Assembly: GCA_963693365.1 (NCBI GenBank)
Contig: CAVNZM010000013.1
Coordinates: 5,012,640 to 5,076,639 of the forward strand
Origin: Amoebidium appalachense
Lineage: Eukaryota > Protista > Ichthyosporea
Reading direction: 5' to 3'
DNA length: 64,000 nt
Position numbers and translations under genes: made by a program. The notes beneath the pieces are model-generated. The model was given only the letters and a program-made list of their open reading frames with translations. It made no database searches and was not told the DNA's origin. Positions 46,905 to 59,727 of this stretch are shown piece by piece (within the stretch, counting starts at the first letter, position 1; every line of letters starts with the position of its first letter).

Positions 46905-49900
46905 ATGAGTGCCAACGGCTCACCAGAGCGGGAGGGGACGGGTGGTGTCAAGCGACCACTCCCCATATCACCCGCACCCCCAACCAGCGGTACAGACTCG
47001 AAAAGTCAACAGGATTACTCGGACGATGAAAACGGTAGAAGGCGTCACAGGCGCAAGTTTGCCGAGCTCTCACGTGATTACATCTGCCCAGTTGGTGACT
47101 GCCGTCGGCCTTATGCTAGCAACCACTCCCTTAAACTTCACATGCGCCTCAAGCACATGAAAATGGTTATGGGCAACAAGATAGTGGCTGTGCCCCGGCA
47201 GGCAGGCCCTGTTTATCCGCTCGCTCGTCCCCCAGCCACGCCGAACGGGTCTCTTGCTCCGCCTGATGGTTCTGAGGGAAGGAATAGGACCCCGAATTCG
47301 TTAAAGCATTCACCAGAGATGTCCTCTGAGGATGACTACGCTGCCCTTATTCCTGCTTCACCGAAGGTATGTTTTTTGCTGTGTGGTGTATAAGGGGGGG
47401 GGGGGGGGGGGGGGAGGGAGGGAGGGGAGGGAGGGGGAGGTGGAAGGGGGAGGGATCTAGGTGGTTTGGGTTCTAGTTTTGGTACTTGGCTGCTATCCGT
47501 GCATGTTTTTTTGTGTTGTGCGACACACTTTTCACTTGTGTCTCTCCTTTTTGCCTCTTTGTTAATACTGTACGGGAAGGTTTGTTTGGTCCTTCATCCT
47601 TTCGAGATTGAGCTCTCATAAACAGAGTTTAGCTCTGTACATTGGTTATCTTGTTGCTTTTATTACCTAACTTCCTTTCAGTGGCGTCTATATGGTTCTC
47701 GAGGCATGTTTAGTTGTCAAATAGCCCCCTTCCGTTTAGGTTTTTATAAAGTCTGTGTACACAACCAATCGGATACTATAGCATGATACACACTTCTTTT
47801 GTTGTGACATGTCATTTGACTGAGGGGTGGGCCTGACAGGAGTTTGAGAACATGAGCAACGAGGACCTGTTTGGGTTGGAGGCTCGTTTGAGCGCAGAGG
47901 TACTATTCACCTCCTTTTCTGCCTTATGGTTTACTGCATACAGAAGAGCTCTCTTTAAGTACATTCTCTAAACCCCAGTCGCTGTTTTTGGTTCTTTGAA
48001 GTCCCGTATCCGTACACACTCCCCTCCCCCCCCCCCCCCCCCCCCCTCCCCTCTCTGGTTTCTCTCGTCGCGGCTTTCTTTTCCTGCCTTTAAAATCATA
48101 CCCAAACTCCGAAATTCCCAACTCCCCAGCACTCTGCCATACCACCAAAAGCCAAATAACCCTTCTCTCCTGGCCGTTTTGACTTCACCACTGTTTTAGT
48201 GCTCGAGTTTGAATGCAAGTGCAGCCACACTGTGTACCAGCAACCTATGTCTGCATGTATACCAGCACTATGTTGTTCGTCCCCCCTCCCCCCCCCCCCC
48301 CCCCCCCCCCCCCCTCCTCTCCCGGCCCCCCCCCCCCCCCCCCCCCCCCCCCCAAAGTCCCCCTCCTCCCCTTTTACACACATAAGTAGACTTATGTTTA
48401 TCACATCCCTCTCCACGTTCTACCCCCCCCCCCCCCCCCCCCCCCCCTTCTTCCCTCCCCCTCCTTCTCGACCCGAGGATTGGGTCGTAATGTTTTACAC
48501 TCTGTGTTTGATCCATGTGTTCCGTTGTGTTCCTATCTTCGTCATACCAAGCTTTGCATCCCCCCCTCCCCCCGGCCCCACCCCCACCCCCACCCCACCC
48601 CACCCCCTCCCTTCGCGGGGAGGATGGGCTGTGCTTATGTTGTGTACTCGTTTGCACTAAGGGAAGGTTTTTTTTGCTATGCTGACGGGTTTTTCCACCT
48701 TAGGATGGGCAGCTTGCGGCAGACCTTGAAGACATCAGCACCCAGCTGGCATACTACAAGCAACAGGAGTAAGTGATACATCCTATTCGCCCATCTCTTT
48801 GTGTTGTGCGGGAATGTGGCGATTGTTGGATATTTTTTGCCTTTTCCCTCCTCCTCCCTCCTTCCCCCCCTCTATTCCTTTCTGATTGGGAGGTTTGATT
48901 CCCTCCCCCCCCCCCCCCCCCCCCCCCCCCCCACCAAAAAAAAAAAAAGTTTTTGAGGGCAGAAACTGCAATCTCTATCTTTCTGCACCATAAGGCCCCA
49001 CTCACAGCGACTCAAGCGGCTCACTTTAGGCATTCAACCCCATTTTTACTCCGCCCTCTCCCCCTCTCCTTTAGGCATTTAATCCCAACCCCCCCCCTCC
49101 CCCCTTCCCCTCCTCCCCTCCCCCCCCCCCCCCCCCCCCCCGGCGGCCTTCCTGCGCCCCGCCACGCCGTTTCTCACTATTTCCTGTTCCCTCCAGAAAC
49201 AACAGCAACACGCAAGCCCAAGTGCAGCACCTTCAAACCTCCCGCGATCAAATATGGGAACGTAAAGTCGCACTGGAAAGAACCCTCGCCCGCCTCTCCG
49301 ACACATTCAATGCCCGCCGCTCACAGCTCCCCCCTTCCCCCCACCCGGGCGGTCCCCACCTCACCGCCCCTGCGATGGGCCCACCCCACACACCACACGG
49401 CCGCCACCCATCCCCCCTTATTCCACCCCCCTGCATCCCCCAGGGTCGGGGGGGCACCTCTCCTCGCCATATGGGCCCCCCTCCGCCCACTCCTATCCCT
49501 CCCCACACATCACGGGGCCTGCCTATTCCCCCCACATGCCACCTCCTTCCATCCACCACAGCCCCTACTCCCCTGCCCCTCACCTCTACCCCCATGCAAG
49601 CCCGAGCACGAGGTTCCCTATGCCACCTGTGTCCCCGGGTATTCAGGTATGTGGAAGTAGCATTAGAATCTCATTTGCCACATGCTCGCGCGTATGCATG
49701 CATACACACACACACACGCACGTGCGCAAAACTATATGCACGTGGATATATCAATACGTGCATACCGAAGAAGAATCGGGGGGGGGGGGGGGGGGGAGGA
49801 GGGGTGTTTGTGGGTGGGTGGGTACGTGTGTGTGTGTGTTTTTTTTTTTTTTTTTGGGGGGGGGGGGGTTGCATAAATTCATATACAAAAAGCAATAAGA

Positions 49901-50007
49901 TATAAGGTTGCTGCTCTTGAGTATTACTACCTCCCCCTCCCTTCTCTTTCAACCATCATTGTGTTTTCTTTCCTAACTGTGGACTGCGTACTCTGTAACA
50001 CATTCTA

Positions 50008-50039
<32 letters not shown>

Positions 50040-50218
50040 CCCTGCTTCCTCTCCTTGTTTTGACTTCGGTTGTGTATCTTTGTTTTTTGGTATGCGACTG
50101 TTGAATTCGATTTGGTATGCCACAAAATGTGTTACTGTATACAAGATTTAAGTGACTTTCTTGAATCACCGGGGAAAGAAAGTAAGAGATGGAGGGAGGG
50201 ATAGAAGAAATGGTGGGT

Positions 50219-50271
<53 letters not shown>

Positions 50272-51044
50272 CTCTCATGCACACATGTGCCTCTGTCTTT
50301 GGGGAGGGGTAACAAGGGAGGTAGTCTTCCCCAAAACAGACTGTTGATATCTGTCGAGTTAATAATCCCTCAATCAAATCTAATCGTGTAAAACCTCTAT
50401 ATCATTCATCACAGGGGCCATACGGTGACCACGAGCGCCGCTGGAGCGAATCGGAAGCCGTGAAGCCGGCTCCCAATTCCCGTCTTGCAATTTTACCGGA
50501 TTTTGTTGCCCAGTCCTCCCCCGTACCCCCAGAGGATTGGACAGCGTACTGTGACCTCACACAGAGGCACAGCCAGTTGCAGACCACACAGAACCACGCT
50601 GGGTACAGGTCACAGAGGGACATGGTGAAGAAGTTTGCAGACTTTTGCCAGGTGTGTGTGTGTGGGTGTGTGTGTGTGTGTCTTGTGTATGTGTGTGGGT
50701 GTGGGTGTGGGTGTATGTGTGTGTGTCTTGTGTATGGGTGTGGGTGTGGGTGTGGGTGTGGGTGTGGGTGTGGGTGTGGGTGTCTTGTGTATGTCACCTT
50801 TTCTTGGTTGGGGCGGGGGGGCGGGGGCCTGTGGTGCACTGTTTTTTTTTTTTTTTTTTTTTGTTTTTTTTGGTTGGGGAGGGGAGGGGGGGGGGGAGGG
50901 GGGGGGGGGGGGGATGCTGTGGTGTACGGGATTGTAAACGTGTTCGTGCTTAAATTTTGCTCTTGGCGTGGTGCATGACATGTGGCAGGCAGGTTGACAG
51001 ATAGAACAAAACAGACATGTATAGAACTATCTCATGCCGTTCAT

Positions 51045-51080
<36 letters not shown>

Positions 51081-51474
51081 TTATTATGCATACTCTTTAT
51101 TAATGGTTTGCATTCTGCATCGTGTTATCCGTTGTTCATGTGTACTTCGTACTTTATGACACATTCAACCCCCCCCCCCCCCCCCCCCCCCCCCGGGCCC
51201 TTCCCTCCTTTCGCCCCGTTCTTGGTTGTGCAACTGTGAGCTGCATGCTAACCACATACGACGAATCGATCCTTCCCCACCTCCCCATACACACACGCGC
51301 ATACACATGGACACACGCACACACGCACACACACCTGCTTCCCCGCATACACACCCATATATACCCAAACAAACTCACACCTCGACACACGTCCACCATC
51401 TAGAAACCCTTACAAAACAACTGAACCACGTGCCCTCACCCACACTTAACTTACAAACTCACTCGCACGTCATC

Positions 51475-51505
<31 letters not shown>

Positions 51506-53441
51506 ACACACACACTTACACGTACACGTACAGGCGGAGGGCATCACTGGGGTGCCTCGCACGCAGACAGCCACGCAGGAGGCACGGCATGCAGCCTCCC
51601 TCGACCAGGAGCTGCAGGAGATGGAGATGGAGGGGTTGGAGGCACTCAGGGCCACAGGCACACTGCCCCCAGACTACATGGTCTGTGCTTACCCCACTCT
51701 CTCCCATTCACACACGCACAAACTCTCCCTCCCTCCCTCCCTCCCACCTACCCTTCCACCCTCCCTCTCATCTCTCCGTCTCTCCCACCTCTCTCACTCT
51801 CCCTTCTGCGCCTCCTCTCTCTCTCTCTCTCTCTCTCCCCTCCCCCTCCCCCCCCCCCTCCCCCCCCCCCCCCCCCCCCTTCTCTCTCTTTGAACGTGTT
51901 CTCTCCCTGTGTGCTCATATGTTGTGCACTGATGTCTCCTTGTTGTCTGCCCCTCCCCTTCCCCCACTCACCCCCCCTTTGTTTAGAGGATCTGCGTTTT
52001 GTTGCCCGTCATGAATGTGTTTTGTGACACAATTTAGACACACACAAGCACATGCACACACACATCACCTCCACACATGACACCGTCGAATTTCTCAAAA
52101 TTCACCCCCATTATATCCAAAACTTACACTAAACATATCCCTGCCATATTAATTTTTCTCCCCTCCACAGGAGAGATACACCTCGAAACTTTCAGAGGCT
52201 GCTGAAGCTGCCCAGGCCGCTTTGGGAAGAGCGCATTCCCTTCAGAAGAAGTTGATGGGCAAACAGGAGGGGTTGAGAAGGGTGGTGACGGACAGGAGGG
52301 GGGTGGTGGCTAAGCCGGACGGCACATATTCGCTTGTCGGGGCACCGAGGGAGGAGATTTCGGGACGCATGCAGGTGCGTGTGTGTGGGTTTGTGTGTTT
52401 TTTTTGGGGGGGGGGGGGGGGGGGGGGGTTGTTTGTTTGTTGTGGGGGGGGGGGGGGGGGATTCTGGGGGATGTGTGTGTGTACAAGGTTTACGAGTTGG
52501 GTGGGTGGATGGGGGGGAGGCGGAAGACTTGGTTGTGGGGAAGGTGGCAAAGGTAGGCCCCAAAGTGTGTTTTCGATTCCGGGAAGTGCGGGGGAGGAGA
52601 GGGGGGGATCAGCGAAGAAAATTGGGATTGGTGTTGACATAGGATACGATGGAAATTGTAAAAAGACACGGGGGAGGGAGGGGGGAGGGGAGGGGACAGT
52701 TGTGTATTCGCCGTTTTTACTGATTTGCTTTTTTTTCCCCCTTTCTTTCTTTCTTTCTTTCTTTCTTTTTTTTTTTTTGGCCGCAGACTGCGATCCAGCA
52801 GGCAGGAGTGATTATGGAAGAGGCAGACAGTGCGCTCACACAGGCAAAGCTCGACCGGCTGAACGACAACCACGCAGAAATCATAAACATGGCCCGAATT
52901 CTCAGCCACAAATTGCGCGATCAGATTACCCTCCTGCAGACGGCGCTTCAGGACGGCGACAGATCTATCGCACGCCTCTCGGAATGCTACCACGAAGCCC
53001 TCCTATTGGTCGACGTGGAGATGCACTCGGTCGGATCTGACCTCACATTCGTCGACGCGGAGGAGGGCAGAGTGAAGCGAATCGCCGACCACATCAAGAG
53101 GAAAGAGATTGCGTCGAAGCAAAGAGACACGGTTCTTAAGCGTCTGACAGAGGCCGAATTAGAAGAACAACGGTTGAGGGAAGAGGTGGAGGAGATGGGG
53201 AGGGCAGGGGAGGACGGGGAGAGGCTTACGGAGAAGAGGGGGGAGCTGCAGATGGTCGGGGAGGCATACCGCCAGGCATTGTTGGACGCTGTACGTGTTT
53301 GAATCCCCCCTCCCCCCCCCCCCCCCCCAAAAAAAAAAATAATAATAATAATAATAATAATATTACTAATTAATAATAATAATAAATAAATAAATGAATA
53401 AAATGGGACCTCCCTCTTCTTCCCCCCCCCCCCCCCCCCCC

Positions 53442-53503
<62 letters not shown>

Positions 53504-54347
53504 TGAAGTCTCCTGAGGTCCTGCACATTGTTGTTGGCTGCTTGTTACTGCCACCGCAACCCAATTCCTTCACCCCGCCCTTTTCCCTCTTTTTTTTTCT
53601 CGATAAGGGACTTTCGGTGTCTCTGGTAAAATGCTAAGGGGTCCTCCGTGCACCACAAATTAAGCATTGTGCGAGTTGGCTGTCCAACGTGAACTGAAGC
53701 AATGTGTAGAAACGCGAGTGCTGTGGATGACTTTGCCCCCCCCCCCCCCCTCCCCCCCCCCCCTGCCTATGAGGGTAGGCTCTGCTTACGTTGTATACGA
53801 TTATGTTCTTTTTTTTTTCTCGAATTGCTGTGGGTTATCCCCCCTTCCTCTTTCCCTTTCTTTTCTCGTCTTCTCCCACCCTTCCCAAACATACATATAT
53901 ACATATACTACCCACCGGCGTGGCTTGGGTGAATACCCTGGGCTAAGTGTGTGCAAATAGTTAGGATTGTTTAAAGGTGTGTTAGCTTAGCTAATAATAC
54001 CGTAGCACCCTAGCTAGAGTACTGTCGGTGCTGGGTGGAAGACGGTAGTTCCCCACGAGGGCCCCAAGGGGTCCCTCCGGGAACAAAACGGGATAAAATA
54101 AAAAAACGGCATACACATCATGCACACACACACACACACTCACTCATTCACACACTCTCATCCTCTCTGCAGGCGGGACTTTCCAAGGACGGGCAGGTTG
54201 ACGTTCTGACTGTGCCTGCAGTGAGGGAGGGCATACTGACCCACAGGGAGATGTTTGCAAATGACCCCTTTGTGAGGGACCACGTGCTGGCCCCAACACG
54301 CCACAATAGAGGTGGGTGGGTCTGGGTCTGGGTCTGGGTGGGGAGAA

Positions 54348-54385
<38 letters not shown>

Positions 54386-54425
54386 GTTAACAGGTATCGG
54401 AATGCCAATGGGTGTTCAGGTTTTT

Positions 54426-54466
<41 letters not shown>

Positions 54467-54987
54467 GGACAGAAAGGTTGGTTGGTGGTAAGGGAACGGG
54501 GGGAGGGGGGGGGGGGGGGGGAGGGAGGAGGGGACCAAACAGACATGCAGGCAAAAGGGACACTGGGAGCAGAACCTATCACCGGGACACCCGGGTAAGG
54601 GGGGGGGGGGGGGGGGAGCGTGCATGTGCTTGCTTCGAGGCCATCCATTGTAGATGCGGTTGGAATGGCAAGGCCCCCCCTGTGTGTTTTGGTGTGTGTG
54701 TGCCTGTGTAGTTAGTTTGTTGGGTGGGTAGAGGTGGAGTTTTTTTGGTGGTGGTGCTTGGTGTGTGTGTGTGTGTGTGCGTGTTTGTTTTGGGGGGGGG
54801 AGGGGGGGGGGGGGGGGGGAGGGGGGGGGGGGATGGGGATGGGAGTTTTTTTCGAGCTGTTTGAAAAATTTAAGTGTTTATCGCGTATGTGTTAGTTTTC
54901 ATGTCACATTCTGACCTGTGTTCTCCTATCTTTCCAGTTGACGAGAATGGGGACGAACAAATGGTTGACGATGAACCAGCCGAGTAA
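46905..54987 (+). CDS. Single C2H2 zinc-finger protein with Pro/His/Tyr-rich region and long coiled coils, ~770 aa, 10 exons (putative transcription factor)
   Basis: Exons: 46905-47366, 47840-47899, 48704-48768, 49197-49646, 50415-50651, 51534-51680, 52171-52374, 52787-53290, 54173-54311, 54938-54987 (TAA). Finger: RRHRRKFAELSRDYICPVGDCRRPYASNHSLKLHMRLKH. Heptad-rich segments occur in exons 3-4 and 7-8. Phases are consistent except for a 1-nt deficit in exon 4. Confidence 0.8.
51081..51193 (+). mobile_element. 3'-end fragment of poly(C)-tailed repeat
   Basis: TTATTATGCATACTCTTTAT...TTGCATTCTGCATCGTGT...GTTCATGTGTACTTCGTACTTTATGACACATTCAA-C(n), closely matching 33237-33340. Confidence 0.8.
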
Positions 54988-55061
54988 ATGCTGAAATGGG
55001 CGGCTTTCTCTTTTTTGGCCACCCACTTTTTCTTCTTTGTTTTTTTGGGTGTGTGTGTGTG

Positions 55062-55097
<36 letters not shown>

Positions 55098-55511
55098 TGG
55101 TTTTTGATATATGGAGTGCAGAGATAGGCACTGATTTCGTGTTTTTTTTTTTTCCCTGAGCTTTCTGTGCTGAAATCTACAACCTGTCGCTAGTTTTTAT
55201 GTTATCCCGTTGCTGTTCTGTGTTGGATGGGTAATGTGAAGCGGTGTATAGAACAGTTTCCGTGTTGTGCCTGGCTGAGGCTTTTTGTATCCGTGGTGGT
55301 TGTGCCGGATGGCTTACGGGCCCTTTTTTTGTTTTTTTTCCCTTCCTCCCTTTCTTTCTTTCTTCTTTTTGGGTCCCTTCCCACTTCTGCTTGTAGTTTA
55401 ATGTGGTCGAAGTTGTTACGAGCTGCAGATGCACACAGTGGTAAATTGCCTGCAATAGTTAAAAGGTTCACGTCGGCACTTGGCGGTTTGAGCACTCGCC
55501 TCATATACGGC

Positions 55512-55553
<42 letters not shown>

Positions 55554-55721
55554 CCCATGGTAATATTGATTATGCGCCTACACGATCGCTAGCGCTTGGT
55601 TTACCATCTCAAGTTATGCTAAAGACTTCAGTTATTGTTCAATTGTTTGTTGTCTTACTCAGTGTGAGGGAGTTTTTTTTTTTCCCTTGTTTTTTTTTTG
55701 TTTCCTTTTTTTTTTTTTTGT

Positions 55722-55816
<95 letters not shown>

Positions 55817-56842
55817 CATATCTTCATTTAGTAATTCCATAGCACGCAGTTGGTGGTAAGGTGTCTAACAACCTGTTGTGCAAATATCACATCGTTGTAT
55901 TTCGATTCTATTCAGAGACGTGTTCAGCTATATTTACAGTAGCATTTAGTAAGGAGACTCGTGTACTGTGCAGAAAAATAGCGAGTAAAAAGGGTTTTCT
56001 TGGTGCTCGTTGGTGGCAAAATTTATATTGAAAAAAAAAAAAGAAAAAAAAAGCTATTCGCTGATATGGAAAAGTATCTCCCGGTGTGTGGTTCAGTGCT
56101 TGGAGAGGTCGAATGCGACCCCATCCCCCCTCCCCCCGGCCCCCAGAACACACACACACACACACATACACACAACCATATAGCTATCATATGCATTCTC
56201 CCCCTCCCACCCTCCTCACCTTCGGAGCCGAAGATCAATTTGAACTGAGTTAACGGTCCCTGCCACAATGGTTTTCCCTCTAGCCCTTCTGCCGCGTAAA
56301 TGAATGACAAGAGCCACGTGTTTGCGCACTTGGCAGGGTGGCCATGGGCCTTTATAAATTATCATAAGTGGGCCGGATACGTGTACGTCTGCAATTGGCG
56401 TGCCGGCTGTGTGTGTGGAAGGGGCCTGTGTGGCCAATTGGTTTGCTTTGGGGCTCGCGATCGGTGGGCCCCAGGCCGGGGCTCAATTTAAAAGTAGCTT
56501 TCGAATTCCTGACTGCCGTACTGTGGTGTTAGGGTGAAATTGGTCATTTTGAGGCGTTGGCTTTCCCTCCCACTGTTCTGCAAGTTTATATTAGTCACAA
56601 CAATTGCAAGTCCGCGCTGCATTGTGGGTTTGAGGAATTCAAAGAGGGCAGGTGACTTTGCGGAAGGGCTAGTCGGCCGGAACGTTAATCCCAAAAAGCT
56701 GTGCCGGGGCCGGGACACGTACACGTACGAGGGAGGGTGGGTGGATGGACAAGCCTTAGATCGGTTTGGTGGCAGGGAGGGAAGGAATTTCAGGGCCCTC
56801 GCTCTGGCGGGCGCGCGGGGCAGCTGCAGGAGGTGTGTGTGT

Positions 56843-56937
<95 letters not shown>

Positions 56938-56940
<3 letters not shown>

Positions 56941-57016
56941 TCATGATCAATTGGTACATCCCCCAATGTAACAATCCCTCCATTTCCCTGAAGGGCACAA
57001 GAGGGATGGGGCCCGA

Positions 57017-57056
<40 letters not shown>

Positions 57057-57143
57057 TCATGATCAATTGGTACATCCCCCAATGTAACAATCCCTCCATT
57101 TCCCTGAAGGGCACAAGAGGGATGGGGCCCGAGGAGGGGGGGG
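56938..57143. repeat. Exact ~85-bp duplication separated by a G tract
   Basis: GCATCATGATCAATTGG...GGGGCCCGAGGAGG occurs twice, each copy flanked by poly(G). Confidence 0.9.
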
Positions 57144-57159
57144 GAGGGTTGGGAGGGGG

Positions 57160-57249
<90 letters not shown>

Positions 57250-57556
57250 CCCGAGGGAAGGGGGTTGGGAGGGGGGGGAGAGGGAGAGAACGGAGAGAGA
57301 GAGAGAGCTAGCTCAGGGGGGAAGGGGGAGGGGGGGGGGGGGGGGGGGGGGGGGCGAGAGGGATAGGCAAAGAGATCTAGACACACACACAGAGAGAGAG
57401 AAGAGAGGGACTCTGTGAGAGAGAAAGGGAGGGGGGGAGGGAGGGGGGAGGGAAATAGAGAGACTCGGGGCCAGAGAGAGAGAGAGAGCCAGAGAGAGAG
57501 AGAGCCTGAGAGAGAGGCAGACACAGAGAGGGTGAGAGAGGGAGGGAGAGAGGGAG

Positions 57557-57616
<60 letters not shown>

Positions 57617-58171
57617 CTGGGGGGGGGGGGGGGGGGGGGGTGATAGAGAGAAAGAGGAGCCTGAAGGGACTCCGACGGTGTGTGTGTGTGTCTGAGAGTG
57701 GAAGAGGGAGAGGGAGAGAGTGGTTAATCCGCGCCACAGGTAGACGGCATGTGTTGAACAAGTATTATGAAAACTTTCCCGAACCCGATATATCACTGTA
57801 TGAAGTGACACAGGGGCTCTTTTCACAACCATTTTATTTTTAACGGAAATGCCTCTGATTTGGGGTGTGGGAAGGAACCATTACTACACATGCTGCCTTA
57901 TGTTGCAGGCATATTGAATGTGTGCCAGCTGGAAGCAGAGGATGTTCTGGTTGTCGTACCAGTCACCTAAGCATTTTGTGTGCTCTCGACAGTCATGCCA
58001 CAGGCACCCTCACGTGCTTACAGCAAACTGCATCATCAGGCGCTGTCGTTTCGACGGGACTACAATACTATGACGGTGTTAAGATTACTAATACACACGT
58101 GCACCGAGCCTGATCTGAAACACGAAACAAGAGTTGCAGACACTCCACTTACACACATCACAATGTCTCGC

Positions 58172-58202
<31 letters not shown>

Positions 58203-58322
58203 GGAAAGAAAGAAAGAAAGAAAGAAAGAAATAGAAAAAAAAAACAGACAAAAACGAGAAAGAAAGCTCTGCAAAACGATAAATTTTGCACCCCGAGAGG
58301 CCTGTCTTCCATACACATGCAA

Positions 58323-58751
58323 CTAGTAGGGTGTGCAAGAAGTGATTTCGAGGTCATGCGTCCACTTGGAGTCAGCCCCAACCCCCACAATCGCCGCCAT
58401 ATCAACACCACGGGCTGCAAAATACTTGCCGGTTCCTCCGGTAACGGTAAACGGATATTTCCTTCCGATTTCCGTGTCAAATTCCGGCCCGGTCATGCTC
58501 AGCGTGCCCACCACCTCTTCATTTTCCAGGAAACGCATGGTGAATTCCCGGACGCACTGGGACTTCCAAGTGGGGGTGCGCTTAGTGTAGCCAGCACACG
58601 TGCCGTAGAGCTCACCCACCTGTGGAAGTTTTTTTTTTTTTTTTTTTTTTTTGTGTGGGGAGGGGGAGGGGGGGGGGGGAGGGGGGGGGGGGGGGGGGGG
58701 TGGATGGGGGGGTTGGGGGGTGGGTGGGTGGTGGTGGTGGTGGTGGTGGGT

Positions 58752-58784
<33 letters not shown>

Positions 58785-59562
58785 TGAGCTCGAAAATACT
58801 GTATGGCTGCGGAAACGCAAAGTTGAGCATGTGTGGCATCAATGAGACGCTGTTGTGGCAGACAAAAATTTAGAAGAGGGGAAGAGGACGGGGGTTGCAT
58901 ACAGCGAAGGACTATCTGGGCCACAGGAGATGGTTCTGAGCGGACGGTCAGCGGGTGCGCACGAGCTACACATACATAGATAGACACACGCACGAGCACA
59001 CGCACGCGTGAGCACACACGCGCAGGAGCACGTGCACACACACACACACACACACACCCAAAAGTTGTCCGGCTGGACCTCCCTTCATAGGCTTTCACAT
59101 GATTAGATAAACACACAATACTAATCAATCATGATCAGTAATCCTCTGCTTCGTGTCTTGTGAGGGCATTATCAATACAATTGTTCATTATCATAAAAAG
59201 CCTTCGCGAGTAATCATAACTGCGCGCATACACTGACTAGTGCACACATTTTTACAAACATCACCCACCTTCTTTCCCTTCTTGCCCTCCCTGTTCTCAT
59301 ATACAGCAGCCTTGTAGACCTCAAACGTCCCCTCACGAAACGGGGCCAGAGCAGGGTGCACGACATAGTGGGCATCCGCCTCAATCACAGACAGGCGGGT
59401 GGTGGCACAGTAGTCTTTTCCGTGATGATGTCCAGAATAGGAGTCCCCGTCGTGGTGGTAGGAGCTTGAGAAGGCGGATGGGCCAGGGGCGGGCAGCACG
59501 GATGCAAAGGCACCCATGGCCATTGCAGCAAAGGCTGGGAGCAACTTGGATAGGGACAGCAT
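58323..59562 (-). CDS. Secreted dirigent-like / allene oxide cyclase barrel-like protein, 196 aa, 2 exons
   Basis: Exon 1 59269-59562 has a signal peptide-like start (MLSLSKLLPAFAAMAMGAFA) and a His-rich linker. Exon 2 58323-58619 ends in TAG; the intron is phase 0 GT-AG. Contains VGELYGTC...QC...GTLSMTG...FTVTGGTGKYFAARG, matching the dirigent/AOC [VI]TGGTGx[YF]xxARG signature. Confidence 0.8.
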
Positions 59563-59720
59563 GTTGGTGTGAGTTTATGAACGTAGCCGGGTTGACTCTG
59601 AGATATTCGGTGCTGGCCCTTCAAAGATGACTTGAGCTCGAGGAAAAATATCACGGAGGACGGCAAACCTAGCGCTCAGGCTTGTGGGAAAAGTGGAGGA
59701 AGCGTTTGGACTTTCGCATC

Positions 59721-59727
59721 TTTTATA
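59721..59727 (-). promoter_or_regulatory. Candidate TATA box of the dirigent-like gene
   Basis: TATAAAA on minus, ~160 nt upstream of the ATG at 59562. Confidence 0.35.
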
